Assembly (NCBI GenBank): GCA_034530615.2
Contig: JAVRCV020000006.1
Span: forward strand, 123,125-187,124
Length of the DNA: 64,000 nt
Direction of reading: 5' to 3'
DNA from: Aulosira sp. ZfuVER01
Lineage (GTDB): Bacteria; Cyanobacteriota; Cyanobacteriia; Cyanobacteriales; Nostocaceae
Notes under the pieces: model-generated
The model's input: only the letters and a program-made list of their open reading frames with translations
Told to the model about the DNA's origin: nothing
Databases searched by the model: none
Shown: in pieces, positions 32,101-41,224 of the stretch
Numbering within the stretch: position 1 is the stretch's first letter
How the letters are laid out: each line of letters opens with the position of its first letter
Position numbers and translations under genes: made by a program

Positions 32101-33931
32101 GCAGCGCCAGCAGCAAGCCACAATAGTGAAAAACTTTGTGCAGAGTATTCTAGCTATTAACCCTAACGCCAATGTGGTTGTAGCAGGTGACTTGAATGAT
32201 TTCGAGTTTTCCAATCCCCTGAATACGCTCAAAAGTGCCGGACTTAGTGCTTTAATTGAAACGCTACCTGCAAATGAGCGTTACACCTACAACTTTGAAG
32301 GTAATGCTCAAACTCTGGATCATATCCTGGTAAGTGGCAACTTGTTCAATAAACTCGATGGGTATGATGTAGTACATATCAATTCAGAGTTTGCCGACCA
32401 AGTTAGCGATCACGATCCCAGCGTAGCCAGGTTTAGTTTGCTACCTAATCAAGCACCAACAGCAGTTAACCTCAATAATCCACTCACGAGTATCAATGAA
32501 AACAGTGACATTAGTAGCCGGGTGAAAGTGGCAGAGATTGCGATCGCAGATGATGGTTTAGGCAAAAATAATCTGAGTCTAAGCGGTACAGATGCTAGCT
32601 TCTTTGAAATCGACAATTCCATTCTCTATCTCAAAGCAGGAACCAGCCTCGATTACGAAAGCAAATCTAGCTACAATGTCACAGTTACAGTAGACGATCC
32701 CACAGTCGGTAATACTCCCGATGCTACTGCCAACTTCACCTTGACTGTCAATGATTTCAATGAAGCACCTACAGCAGTTACATTAAACAATTCAACTACC
32801 AGCCTAGCGGAAAACAGCAACACTACTAGCCGGATCGAGTTAGCAGAAATTGCGATCGCAGATGATGCACTGGGTACAAATAACCTCAGTCTGAGTGGTA
32901 CAGATGCGGGTTTCTTTGAAATCGACAATTCTGTTCTCTACCTCAAGGCGGGAACCAACCTCGATTACGAAAGCAAATCAAGCTACAAAATTACAGTTGC
33001 GGTTGATGACCCGACAGTAGGCAATAATCCCGATGCTACTGCTAACTTCACTTTGACTGTCAATGATGTCAATGAAGCACCAATTGCTAAGAATGATAGC
33101 GCCACTACTACTGATATTAAGCCAGTTACAATTAATGTGCTGGCGAATGATAGCGACCCAGATAGCGATCCACTCAGTATTAGCAGCTTTACTAATCCTA
33201 ATGGTGGTACGGTGGTGAAGAATCAGGATAATACCTTCACTTATACTCCTGACATTGGCTTTTCTGGTAGTGATAGCTTTGCCTACACCGCCAGCGATGG
33301 GAAAGGTGGTACTGGGACAGCAACCGTCAACTTGACTATAAACCGTGTTAGTACTGGAATTTTTGGTACTTTAAATCAGGATAATCTCACAGGCACCAAC
33401 CAAAACGATCTAATTGGCGGTTTAGCTGGTGACGATGTACTTAAAGGTGGTAACGGTGACGATACTATCTATGGTGGTCTTGGTAACGACAGCCTCGGTG
33501 GTGAAAATGGTAACGATATCCTATATGGTGATAGCGGCAATGATACCTTACTAGGTGGGAATGGTGATGATGTCTTAGTTGGAGGTAAGGGAAGCGACTT
33601 CCTAACTGGTGGGAATGGTAGCGATCGCTTTTATTTAACTGGTAATAGTACTGGTGAATTCGACACTATCACTGACTTTGTGCATGGAGTTGACTCTATT
33701 GTTGTCTCCAAGTCTGAATTCGGACTGAGCCAACTACCAGGTGTACTTAACTCCAGTTTGTTCTGGTCTGGTATCAGTGCTAATACGTCGAGCAATCGCT
33801 TTATCTACAATTCAAGTACAGGGAACCTATTCTTTGATGCAGATGGAACTGGTAGCACAACACAAATTCAAATAGCCCAGTTAACGAATAGGGCAATCCT
33901 TACCAGTAGCGATATTACAGTCATTGCATAG
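26111..33931 (+). CDS. Giant secreted multidomain phosphatase/nuclease (2606 aa): Calx-beta, SdiA-regulated propeller, cadherin-like repeats, lamin-tail domain, PhoX-like domain, ExeM/NucH-like EEP nuclease, Ig-like domain, RTX tail
   Basis: GGAG RBS then GTG. PhoX-like NHE, RFCSA, GEE, WEN, RPED, DNI, QED, EESSG. EEP TFNVENL, LEEIQD, NHFNSK, GDLND, LDHI, SDHDP. LDYE cadherin x3. GGNGDD RTX nonamers. Confidence 0.88.
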   Translation: MAVNPGDIAFVGVNSTDPDQFAILALKAIAPGDTFYVTDGGYISLTNVANTTFRATEGFLQYTAPAGGIAAGSVILINAGSGNSPSVSLNDGGAAGTVTLLANSSNNTTNFSFSTSGDSLTAYTVTSGTYLTGTPTLIAFIDFGVNPYGSGSAQASNIPTISGGQVLDLANLDNAIFTNASNVYSQTISALSTASNFTQQEAAPYDLTTLASAPITTIPSVTLSLSTTTGSEAEQTAITVSVTAASAVSGDQTVTLGVSGTNITTDDYALNNTAANTVTITIPNGQTTGTATFKIADDTQPEGTETATLSISNPSSGIALGNVTTQNITITDNDSVVDLSKYVRIGRYDLPEPTRTAAPGNSLLAKEASAVTYNWDTDTLFVVGDGGTSIVQVTKTGQLINSMTLAPGSSPQGTEFYDTEGLTYFGNGKFVLIEERYRQANLFTYVAGGTLQRSDVQTVKLGTTVGNIGIEGISYDPLTSGFIAVKELNPEGIFQTGIDFNAGTATNGSPTTDNSTNLFNPALANLADLSDVFALSNLPALSGTPDYNNLLILSQESGKIVNIDRSGNIQSSLTIIGDPDNPLSVTDQTNEGLTMDRNGILYVVNENGGGDANHPQLWVYAPSSVPNQAPTAIALKNQVNAIAENTSTTTRIKVADIAITDDGLGSNNLTVTGSDANFFEVDSTGLYIKAGTVLDYETKTSYSININVDDPTVGSNPDATTPYTLNVTDVVNEGSASTSLKITEVAPWSSGNSTLAADWFEVTNTGSSAVNITGWKMDDNSNSFGSAVALNGITNIAAGESVIFIESSDPAVIQNFKALWFGANAPANLQIGTYSGSGVGLSTSGDAVNLFDGGGTLQANVTFGASPGSAPFSTFDNSAGLNNVAILQLSTIGQHGAFVAVDNINEIGSPATIAAPSPAYAVFNFSIGNYSVTEGNTPGFSTNATVRIYRTGDVSGTNSVQLKLSDGTATGSGLSVPVQSTLQGTSTGSTPYILPVASGVKVISLLTTDNTGAKPDDTVPKVSGGTYGMDGIPDGLGAFDNGDGTFTVLMNHELGNTNGVVRDHGARGAYVSKFVIDKSTLQVVSGEDLIKQIYGWNSTTQSVNTTAPITLAINRFCSADLPAVTAFYNPNTGLGSQARIFMNGEEGGTTGYQFATVVTGADAGKAYVLGKFNLSTNGSGLSGVGGWENALANPYAQDKTIVIGNNDGGTGIMNNAVAVYVGTKQSTGTEVDKAGLTNGILKFISVAGNSAEIANATTRATNITNGTRFILSSTASTTFSRPEDGAWNPLDPRQYFFATTDRLDQVSDGVGTQIGQTRLWRLTFDDITNPDAGGTIDLLIDGDTVNGVKVNMFDNISIDKYGHILLQEDVGGAAHNGKIWQYDIATDTLKQIAKHDPARFGDIGVAATSPFNNDEESSGIIDVQDILGPGWFLTSDQAHYTTGVTTSQVEGGQLLAIFNPDTYNAAIDYNNTPITVTFNPGETYKDVQIPIAGDFTPEANETVNLSLVNPSAGTVIGTKQPNAVLTINNDDLPPSARIHDIQGAGHISPLNGQNVTNVPGIVTAIASNGFYLQDPIPDNDDRTSEGIFVFTSSAPTVAVGDYIQVSGKVSEFRPGGSANNLTITEITSSTINKLSSGNTLPAATILGNGGRTIPTIVIENDATNVESSGVFDPANDGIDFYESLEGMRVQINNPVTTSPTNFFGSSEEIWVLADNGANATSRTARGGSLITSTDFNPERIQIDDLINSALTLPTVNVGARLSTITGVVNYDFNNYEVLVSTEPTVVQASSLQKEVTNLTSTDPNKLTVATFNVENLDPGDDASKFNALASAIANNLKSPDIISLEEIQDNNGPTNDSVVDASVTYQKLINAIASAGGPTYQYRQIDPVDDTNGGEPGGNIRVGFLFNPNRVSFVDRPGGTSTSNTTVSNAGGTATLSASPGLVDPTNSAFNSSRKPLVGEFTFNGQTVYVIGNHFNSKGGDQPLYGPNQPPTLSSEVQRQQQATIVKNFVQSILAINPNANVVVAGDLNDFEFSNPLNTLKSAGLSALIETLPANERYTYNFEGNAQTLDHILVSGNLFNKLDGYDVVHINSEFADQVSDHDPSVARFSLLPNQAPTAVNLNNPLTSINENSDISSRVKVAEIAIADDGLGKNNLSLSGTDASFFEIDNSILYLKAGTSLDYESKSSYNVTVTVDDPTVGNTPDATANFTLTVNDFNEAPTAVTLNNSTTSLAENSNTTSRIELAEIAIADDALGTNNLSLSGTDAGFFEIDNSVLYLKAGTNLDYESKSSYKITVAVDDPTVGNNPDATANFTLTVNDVNEAPIAKNDSATTTDIKPVTINVLANDSDPDSDPLSISSFTNPNGGTVVKNQDNTFTYTPDIGFSGSDSFAYTASDGKGGTGTATVNLTINRVSTGIFGTLNQDNLTGTNQNDLIGGLAGDDVLKGGNGDDTIYGGLGNDSLGGENGNDILYGDSGNDTLLGGNGDDVLVGGKGSDFLTGGNGSDRFYLTGNSTGEFDTITDFVHGVDSIVVSKSEFGLSQLPGVLNSSLFWSGISANTSSNRFIYNSSTGNLFFDADGTGSTTQIQIAQLTNRAILTSSDITVIA

Positions 33932-34024
33932 CAGAGTCATAATAAGCACGTTTGTAGAGGCGCGATCGCTGCTAGTTATTTAAGACCTACGCGAGCAAAA
34001 TGCGAACGACAACCTGATTCTTGC

Positions 34025-34056
34025 GTAGCGGTAATTTTTGAATTACCGCTACTTTT
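34025..34056 (+). terminator. Rho-independent terminator after the giant gene
   Basis: GTAGCGGTAATT-tttg-AATTACCGCTAC followed by TTTT. Confidence 0.8.
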
Positions 34057-34207
34057 GTTTTTTGTGGGGAAGTTCTATCAATACTTTCGTTTACTAAATA
34101 TTAAATCTAAATACTATCCTAGAAATAGAAGATGAAAAATATATAGAAAAGAAGTATAAGGACAGGTGAGGACGTGCGAATGAAAAGATAACAACTGATT
34201 ATTAACT

Positions 34208-34951
34208 ATGGACTATTTAAAAATGGCAAATATTAACAAATCACCCATCATTCGCTTAGAAGATATCTTTAAAATCTACGGCAGTGGCGAAACCGAAGTA
34301 AAAGCACTTAATAATGTGAATTTGACTATCGATGAAGGTGAATATTGTTCAATTATGGGGCCTTCCGGCTCAGGTAAATCCACCGCCATGAATATTATTG
34401 GCTGTTTGGATCGCCCCACTTCTGGAAGTTACTATCTAGACAATATCAATGTGGCGCAAATGAACGATAAAGCATTAGCGCACATTCGCAACAAAAAACT
34501 AGGGTTTGTCTTCCAACAATTCCACTTATTATCTCAACTGACAGCCTTAGAAAATGTCATGTTACCGATGGCGTATGCTGGGATCAATGCCACCGAAAGA
34601 CGCGATCGCGCTACCGAAGCTTTAATGAGAGTCGGCTTAGAAAATCGTCTGAACAACAAACCCACTCAACTCTCTGGCGGACAACAACAAAGAGTAGCGA
34701 TCGCTCGCGCCATTGTCAATCGTCCCGTTGTTCTTCTAGCCGATGAACCCACTGGCGCACTCGATTCACGCACAACCCAAGAAGTCTTAAGTATCTTTAG
34801 CGAATTGAATGCCAGTGGTATTACAGTAGTCATGGTCACTCATGAACCAGATGTAGCCCGTCAAACCCAGCGTATTGTTTGGTTCCGTGATGGTGAAGTT
34901 GTACACTCACACCTCACTCCAGCCGATTTAACTCATTTGGCTGCATCGTAA
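34208..34951 (+). CDS. ABC transporter ATP-binding protein (LolD/MacB-like)
   Basis: [33 protein letters not shown]. Confidence 0.92.
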   Translation: MDYLKMANINKSPIIRLEDIFKIYGSGETEVKALNNVNLTIDEGEYCSIMGPSGSGKSTAMNIIGCLDRPTSGSYYLDNINVAQMNDKALAHIRNKKLGFVFQQFHLLSQLTALENVMLPMAYAGINATERRDRATEALMRVGLENRLNNKPTQLSGGQQQRVAIARAIVNRPVVLLADEPTGALDSRTTQEVLSIFSELNASGITVVMVTHEPDVARQTQRIVWFRDGEVVHSHLTPADLTHLAAS

Positions 34952-34963
34952 ATCATGAAAAAA

Positions 34964-35014
34964 TTAAAGTCCGTGTAGACGGACTTTGTTTGTTTAGCTG
35001 CGACTTCTAATCGC
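34964..35014. repeat. Small dispersed repeat; related copy at 62282-62332
   Basis: AAAGTCCGT-gtag-ACGGACTTT then GTTTGTTTAGCTGCGACTTCTAATCGC. Confidence 0.55.
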
Positions 35015-35051
35015 TATGGCAAAAATAGGTAATAAATGGGGATTTGCTGAA

Positions 35052-35582
35052 TTACAAACTTGATGTTTTGCCAGTTTGTGCTTGCGTTTCAATCGGCTTG
35101 ACATCAGTGTAGCCCATATTGCCTGCGATCGTTCGCAGCACAGACATTTGTCCTTCAAAATCTAATCCTTCAAGTTGGGAAAGTAGATTGTCAATTTTAT
35201 CTGTGGTTTCATAGTCGTCTGGGATATCAACTACCCGATCTCCCATAGCTACAGCCCAAGCATACCAAACCAGCAACTGGTTATTTTCTTTTAAAGCACC
35301 ATAAGCACGTGAATAATCTGTAGCCTCGCGATTCACAATTTGTCGCATAATTGCCAGTTGCTCTTCATCGGATAAATCCAAATAGTCTCCTAGCAAGAGA
35401 GGAGCTAAGTTTGGTTCAGCCGCAGCTGGAGCAGCCGGAGTGATTGAATCCCCCATTTTTTCATAAACAAAATACAACCAAGCTAGTTTGCTATCAGTAT
35501 CTAAAGCATTAAAAGCTTCTACTGCTTTTTGAGTTTCATTGGTCAAAGCTTGAGAAAAGGTTTTATCTTGGCTAGCGGTCAT
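35052..35582 (-). CDS. Helical carotenoid protein (stand-alone OCP N-terminal domain)
   Basis: KLAWLYFVY..MGDSITPAAP.AA, EQLAIMR, YSRAYGAL..NNQLLVWY. Confidence 0.9.
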   Translation of the reverse strand: MTASQDKTFSQALTNETQKAVEAFNALDTDSKLAWLYFVYEKMGDSITPAAPAAAEPNLAPLLLGDYLDLSDEEQLAIMRQIVNREATDYSRAYGALKENNQLLVWYAWAVAMGDRVVDIPDDYETTDKIDNLLSQLEGLDFEGQMSVLRTIAGNMGYTDVKPIETQAQTGKTSSL

Positions 35583-35797
35583 CGTTTGTCTCCAAGGCAA
35601 TTTAACGTATCAAACTTAGGGTTAACAAAGATTAATCATTAGAATCTACTGCCAAGAGAAAGAGATTTATTAATTTTAACTTAGAGGTTTTATCTATCTT
35701 TTAATAGAAGTAAGAATATCTCCAAAGGTGTCAATGATTTAGCAGATCGCTTTGATAGGATTACCTTAGCAAGTGAAAAAATACCTAGGAGTAATTT

Positions 35798-36172
35798 ATG
35801 CCTGATGAAGTAAAGCCCAATGTCAACGAAGCTCCTACCCATGATGCACAATTAGCAGCCGAAAACATAGCTGCTGGTGAAGAAAAAGCGCCATCGGTAG
35901 ATTTTGAAGCTGATTACGCCGCTGCACAGCAATTTAGTGTCAGTGATATCGACCGTACAGGCGAAGGTGCTAAAGCAGCCGAAGCAGCAACAGCGCCTAA
36001 ACAAGAACTTTCAAAACCACAAGAAGTCAGAACACAATCACAAGCAACAGGTAATCCTGAGGATTATGCAGATATGGCTAAAGAGGTTGGTGGCTCTAAA
36101 ACAGAGGGTGCAACTAACATCGATGACGATCTAGTGAAAAAAGCTTTAGAAAAGGGTCAATCAAAAAATTAA
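35798..36172 (+). CDS. Acidic hydrophilic hypothetical protein
   Basis: AGGAG RBS; 124 aa, A/E/D-rich. Confidence 0.8.
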   Translation: MPDEVKPNVNEAPTHDAQLAAENIAAGEEKAPSVDFEADYAAAQQFSVSDIDRTGEGAKAAEAATAPKQELSKPQEVRTQSQATGNPEDYADMAKEVGGSKTEGATNIDDDLVKKALEKGQSKN

Positions 36173-36233
36173 GTTTGCTCAACATAGTCAAAAGTCAGTA
36201 GTTATATTTTCAATTTGAACTATAGACTTTTGA

Positions 36234-36869
36234 CTATTTATTACGTAAAACCTTTAAAAGCTCACTTGGATGATGAATTAAAAAATCTGGTTTTTGTTTG
36301 GCTAGAACTTCTGATGAATTAAATCCCCAAGTTACTGCAATTACCTGGATATTAGCCTTCTTTGATGCTTCAACATCTCTAGTTTCATCACCAACATACG
36401 TAACTTCGTTTGGTTTGAGCTGCTTTTGCCGTAATACATTATTGATAATGGTTCTTTTGCCAAAAATTGTTACTCCTGAGTAGATAAAATCAAATAAACT
36501 AGCTAAATCATTGATTTTGAGGAATTCATTGACATTATCTTTAGAATTAGAAGTAATAATTCCTAGCTTATAACCTTGAGACTTAAGTTCTATTAAGGCT
36601 TCTTGAATTCCTGGAATAGGTTTAAATTCATGAATCTTGTTTTTTAATTCTGCTTTAACTTTTTTAACTAAAAAAGGGATTTTAAATACTGAGATACCTG
36701 CATATTTAATAATTTCCCTAGAAGTTAAATTTCGCAGCAGAGCTAATTCCTGTTGAGTGATCTGTACATAACCAAACTCTAAAGCCAAACGATTAGCAAT
36801 ACTGACAAGCGCATCTACTGTATCTGCAATCGTGCCATCAAAATCAAAGATAATTACTTTCTGAGTCAT
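36234..36869 (-). CDS. HAD-IA family hydrolase
   Basis: IIFDFDGTIADT, TSN, YVGDETRD; start taken at MTQK, overlapping the queG end. Confidence 0.9.
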   Translation of the reverse strand: MTQKVIIFDFDGTIADTVDALVSIANRLALEFGYVQITQQELALLRNLTSREIIKYAGISVFKIPFLVKKVKAELKNKIHEFKPIPGIQEALIELKSQGYKLGIITSNSKDNVNEFLKINDLASLFDFIYSGVTIFGKRTIINNVLRQKQLKPNEVTYVGDETRDVEASKKANIQVIAVTWGFNSSEVLAKQKPDFLIHHPSELLKVLRNK

Positions 36870-37818
36870 TCTGTTGCCTGGATGCGTCAAGATTAGCACG
36901 GGCATTACGTCGTAACATTTCTGGTTTAATCCGCCGCAAGGCTGATGCTGGAAATTGTCGTTCCCACTCCTCATCTGAGATTTCTGCTAATTCTATCAGC
37001 TTGGGCGCCAGATTCCCAGGATAAGGATTAAATTCTGTCACATCAGTGTTTTGAGCAAAACGTAGATTCCACGGACAAACATCTTGGCAGATATCACAAC
37101 CTGCAACCCAGCCTTGTAAATGAGATTTGACTGTTTCGGGTAATGTTTCTGCTCGATTTTCAATCGTATGATACGCGATACAACGATTAGCATCTACTAC
37201 ATAGGGTTTGGTAATTGCACCAGTAGGACAAGCTTCAAGACAGCGAGTACAGGTTCCACAATGTTCGGATGATGGGCGATCTCTTTCTAATTTTAGATTT
37301 GTAATAATTTCTCCCAAAAACACCCAAGAACCATACTCTCGCGTAATTACATTTCCATTTTTGGCTATCCAACCAATACCAGCTTTTTGTGCCCAGACTT
37401 TATCTTGTATCGGGCCTGTATCTGCATAATAACGAGCCTGAACACCTTCATCAAGTGATTGTAGCCAGCTAGTTAATGCTTTGAGCTTTTTATGCATCAC
37501 CTTATGATAATCTCTTCCCCAGCCATAACGAGAAATCTTAGCGTATTCCTCACCTTCGGGACGTTGATGTGGTGTGTAATAATTCAGAGCCACACAAACA
37601 AGCGATCGCACTTCTGGCATGACTAAGCGAATATCTTGACGCTTCGGGTTAGCCATCCATTCCATATCAGCGTTATAACCTAGTGCGACCCATGCTTGCA
37701 ACCGCTGCACTGCTGTCTCATCTACACTATCGACAGCAGCAATTCCTACTTTGTGAAATCCCAACTCCTTGGCTTTTTCTTTAATTGCATCACTGCCGAT
37801 CGCGGCATATTTACTCAT
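36844..37818 (-). CDS. queG: Epoxyqueuosine reductase
   Basis: GRDYH, DTGP, CGTCTRCLEACPTGA, GCDICQDVCPWN. Confidence 0.95.
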   Translation of the reverse strand: MSKYAAIGSDAIKEKAKELGFHKVGIAAVDSVDETAVQRLQAWVALGYNADMEWMANPKRQDIRLVMPEVRSLVCVALNYYTPHQRPEGEEYAKISRYGWGRDYHKVMHKKLKALTSWLQSLDEGVQARYYADTGPIQDKVWAQKAGIGWIAKNGNVITREYGSWVFLGEIITNLKLERDRPSSEHCGTCTRCLEACPTGAITKPYVVDANRCIAYHTIENRAETLPETVKSHLQGWVAGCDICQDVCPWNLRFAQNTDVTEFNPYPGNLAPKLIELAEISDEEWERQFPASALRRIKPEMLRRNARANLDASRQQNDSESNYL

Positions 37819-37881
37819 TTATTTTATGTAAATTTTGCTTAATCTATAATTGGGATCGTTCCTCCACCACACCAATGCATT

Positions 37882-38418
37882 TTATTCCATACTTTTAAAG
37901 CCTCTGGGGCAGGTAAACTTACCTTTTTGGAAAACAGGTTTGGGAGGTCGATCTAAAGTGTCTTTCAGAGAACGGCACATGATTGAAACAGTAGATTTAT
38001 GCTTTTTATCATAAGCAACTGCACCCACAAGGCTGCTACGACCCTTCTTAGTCAAACCTATCCTAAACATATCAGTTGGCAGGTCTTTAGTCGGAGTTGC
38101 ATAGATAAATGACTGCTCCTGATTCATTTCTACGGAATATCGATAGCGAGTCGTTGCTGCTGGTGCATCCCTATCTCCAAGTCCTAATGACCGATAAGAT
38201 TCGGCAAAAGCTGATTTTTCTGAGAAATATGCTTTTTGCGCTCTCGTAAAACTGCCAATTGTCTCACGACTCCCATCACTACAGCCACAGCTTGGTGGAA
38301 CTTGAGTAAAAACCGTTAAAACTCCAATTGGTAAGGCTGCAACTCCAGCAATTAGGAAGATTTTTTTAAACTTAATTTTGGTACGGTCGCTTTGCTTAGT
38401 TATATCTGGCACATACAA
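37882..38418 (-). CDS. Type IV pilin-like G/H family protein
   Basis: IGSFTRAQKAYFSEK..FA, YRYS, GAV, MC...CP.G pattern. Confidence 0.7.
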   Translation of the reverse strand: MYVPDITKQSDRTKIKFKKIFLIAGVAALPIGVLTVFTQVPPSCGCSDGSRETIGSFTRAQKAYFSEKSAFAESYRSLGLGDRDAPAATTRYRYSVEMNQEQSFIYATPTKDLPTDMFRIGLTKKGRSSLVGAVAYDKKHKSTVSIMCRSLKDTLDRPPKPVFQKGKFTCPRGFKSME

Positions 38419-38616
38419 CTCCAGAAGGAAAAGTTTTGAGATACTAAGTCTTTTGTGCTGATATTGCTGTTCACTCTCTACTGAGAACTACGGAAAGATT
38501 ATGAACATCTATCCAGAGGAAGGCTGACTTTGAAATGAGAAATCTATCCCATAGCGGCTTTTTTTTGCCGGGTTTTGAAATGAAATTAATCTTTAGCCGT
38601 CATCAAGGAAAATTTT

Positions 38617-39039
38617 ATGACACAGCCAAGTGTTATGGAAAATGTCACCGAAGAATTCTCAATACAGGGAATTACAGAACGCAGCATACTGCGTTACTTT
38701 GAAAGTCTGAATGCAGGAGAATTTGCGGTAACAGCTGCTTTGTTTGCAGAAGATGGTACTATGTATCCACCATTTGAATCTGGTTTTTTTGGTGCAGATG
38801 CGATCGCGGAATATCTAGAAAAAGAGGCTCAGGATATTAAAGCCGATCCACACCAAGGAATTACCGAAATTTTGGAACACGAGCAAATTCAAGTTCAGGT
38901 AGTAGGCAAAGCCAAAACTTCCTGGTGTAGTGTTAACGTTTTATGGTCGTTTAAACTCAATCAACAACGAAAAATTACAGAAACCAAAATTAAACTTTTA
39001 GCTTCACCTCAAGATTTACTTGCGTTACGTCGCAATTAA
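38617..39039 (+). CDS. OCP C-terminal-domain homologue (CTDH, NTF2-like)
   Basis: GI....I.RYFESLNAGEF, PPFE, YLEKEA, KTSWCSVNV.W.F, LLASPQDLL. Confidence 0.85.
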   Translation: MTQPSVMENVTEEFSIQGITERSILRYFESLNAGEFAVTAALFAEDGTMYPPFESGFFGADAIAEYLEKEAQDIKADPHQGITEILEHEQIQVQVVGKAKTSWCSVNVLWSFKLNQQRKITETKIKLLASPQDLLALRRN

Positions 39040-39106
39040 TTAGTTAACAGCCAATATACTTTACTACCACTAAATGCAAAACTTCTGCTGAGGATTTTGA
39101 ATTGTT

Positions 39107-39547
39107 TTAACTCTGGGAGTTTGAAGTAACCAGTTCTGGTAAGGTAGCTTCTAACTTCAGGCAGTTAGCACCATCTACTTGCAACTGGTACTCTACCTTA
39201 TCCATCAAACGATTCATAATCAGCCAGCCATAGCCACCTTCTTGTTTTTCTAGAGGGTTAGGTGCTAAGTAAGTAGACATATCGAAGCCTTCACCATAGT
39301 CCCACACTTCTAAAGCCAGATCCCGATTTTTCAGTTCTAAACGTAGTAAAACTGGCAAATTAGCTTGTTCCTTGTGGGCATGACGTACCACATTAGAGTA
39401 GGCTTCAACCAAAGCTAGCCGCAAACGACTGGATTGCCGTGACCAATCTACGGATTCTCCTAGCTGGATTTTCAAGCATCCGAGCAACCAGTTTTCGACG
39501 ATGTTTAAAAAATTTAAATCACTTGGTACGTGTAGCTCACTTTTCAT
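39107..39547 (-). CDS. RsbW-like anti-sigma factor / Ser kinase (HmpW-like)
   Basis: LVEAYSNVVRHAH, WDYGEGF, EGGYGW. Confidence 0.88.
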   Translation of the reverse strand: MKSELHVPSDLNFLNIVENWLLGCLKIQLGESVDWSRQSSRLRLALVEAYSNVVRHAHKEQANLPVLLRLELKNRDLALEVWDYGEGFDMSTYLAPNPLEKQEGGYGWLIMNRLMDKVEYQLQVDGANCLKLEATLPELVTSNSQS

Positions 39548-39550
39548 TAC

Positions 39551-41224
39551 TTACAAGACCTCCAATGAAAGTATGGTTTGATCGTCTTCTTGAACTGGGT
39601 TGTTCGCTTGGATGCGAGTGAGTAAATTGCTAAGAGAAAGTGGTTTTGGTTCTTCTTGCAAAAGTTGCCAAAGACCGTCTTGATTTAGCATAGAGCGGCT
39701 AAATGGTTGACTGCCATCTTCAACATTTTTACAGTTAAATACATTATTTGATACCATCGCCTCAGTAATTCCATCACTTGCTAAAAGCAAGGTATCATTA
39801 GAATTCAGTAATAAGCGACCAGACTCTGCTTGCCACTTAGGTAAGATACCTAAGGGAACACCACGTACTTTTAGATAATTGGGTTGTGCATCCGCAGTCG
39901 TAGGTGACGACCAAAGTAAGGGATAGATATGACCAGCATTGGCATAGACTAGTTCTTTCGTGCTTGGGCTATAACACGCTAGGACGAGAGTGATGAAGCA
40001 ATTGTTGCCAATCAAGTCGTCGCACATAGCATGATTAAGATTCTGCATGACTATATTCGGCTCGGCTGGCGTTTCTTGAGATAATTCTCGGCGTAACACC
40101 GAAATAGCACTAGCCATAAACAAAGCGGCTGGGACGCCTTTACCGGAAACGTCACCCACTGCTATCCACAAGTTCCCTTTGGGATGAACAAACACTTCAA
40201 AAAAATCCCCTCCTACTTCTCGTGCGGCATAGCAGGAAGCTTGCACTTTCACACCCTTAATTTCAGGTAAACTTTGTCGTAGCAGGTTATTTTGAATTTG
40301 ACGGGCAACTTCTAATTCAGTTCTGATTTGCTGCTGTTTTTCTTGAAGACGCTGATATAGTTTTGCTTGGGACAGGGCTAAGGCTGCTTGTTCGGCAACG
40401 CCTGCAATCAGTTGAATGTCTTCATCTTGCCACGAATGATCGCTTCCTCTTTGGTAAAGGACAAGAACAGCAAGTAGGTGTTGCTGGTAAGATAAGGGCA
40501 CAACTAGTTGGTGAAAAGGGTTCCCTTCATCTGTACCTTGAGTGAGTTGATAATGACGAGTTTCCAGCACTTTTTCAATTAAAGAGCCGGGGTCAAAGAC
40601 GAAACTTGAGCTATTGAAATTAGGATCTTGGTAGGAGAAGAGATCTGATGTTAGACAATCCCCTTCTACTGGTTTGAGGAAGCAACAAGTAGTTTCAAAG
40701 GTTTCTCCAATAGTTGCAACAATTTTTTGCAACATACTGTCGTAGTCTAACGACTCTCGGATTGCTGTAGTTACAGCATTAAACAAAGATTCTCGCCGCA
40801 AGGCACGGCGCAACTCTTGGGTGCGTTGCTTAACCAAACGATAGGTATCAGTAGCTTGTTCAACAAGCGCTTTCAGACGTTGAGGATTCCAAGGTTTGGT
40901 AATGTACTTAAATACCTGACCTGAGTTAATTGCATCAACCAAATCTTCAACATCAGTAAAACCAGTCAGCAAAATGCGGATTGTATCTGGAAAACGCTCG
41001 ACTGTGCGGCTGAGGAATTCAGTGCCGTTCATTTCTGGCATTCTTTGGTCAGAAATAATCACCGCCATCTCGCCTTCTTTGTCCAATATTTCCAGGGCAC
41101 TCAGGGCATGATTGGCTTGATATACTTCAAAATCTCGTCTAAAAGTGCGGTAGAGTAAATCCAAGTTATCCGGCTCATCATCTACCACCATGAGCTTGAG
41201 TTTGCATACCTCTATTTCAGTCAT
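39551..41224 (-). CDS. REC-GAF-PP2C (SpoIIE/RsbU-like) phosphatase (HmpU-like)
   Basis: VVDDEPD, SDQRMP; VGGDFF, GDVSGKG, NAGH, SDGITE, QEDDQT. Confidence 0.9.
   Translation of the reverse strand: MTEIEVCKLKLMVVDDEPDNLDLLYRTFRRDFEVYQANHALSALEILDKEGEMAVIISDQRMPEMNGTEFLSRTVERFPDTIRILLTGFTDVEDLVDAINSGQVFKYITKPWNPQRLKALVEQATDTYRLVKQRTQELRRALRRESLFNAVTTAIRESLDYDSMLQKIVATIGETFETTCCFLKPVEGDCLTSDLFSYQDPNFNSSSFVFDPGSLIEKVLETRHYQLTQGTDEGNPFHQLVVPLSYQQHLLAVLVLYQRGSDHSWQDEDIQLIAGVAEQAALALSQAKLYQRLQEKQQQIRTELEVARQIQNNLLRQSLPEIKGVKVQASCYAAREVGGDFFEVFVHPKGNLWIAVGDVSGKGVPAALFMASAISVLRRELSQETPAEPNIVMQNLNHAMCDDLIGNNCFITLVLACYSPSTKELVYANAGHIYPLLWSSPTTADAQPNYLKVRGVPLGILPKWQAESGRLLLNSNDTLLLASDGITEAMVSNNVFNCKNVEDGSQPFSRSMLNQDGLWQLLQEEPKPLSLSNLLTRIQANNPVQEDDQTILSLEVL

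Noticed and set aside
34208..34951. ABC ATPase as the type I exporter for the giant RTX protein
   Set aside because: It is a stand-alone LolD/MacB-type ATPase without an HlyB membrane domain, separated by a strong terminator, with no HlyD nearby
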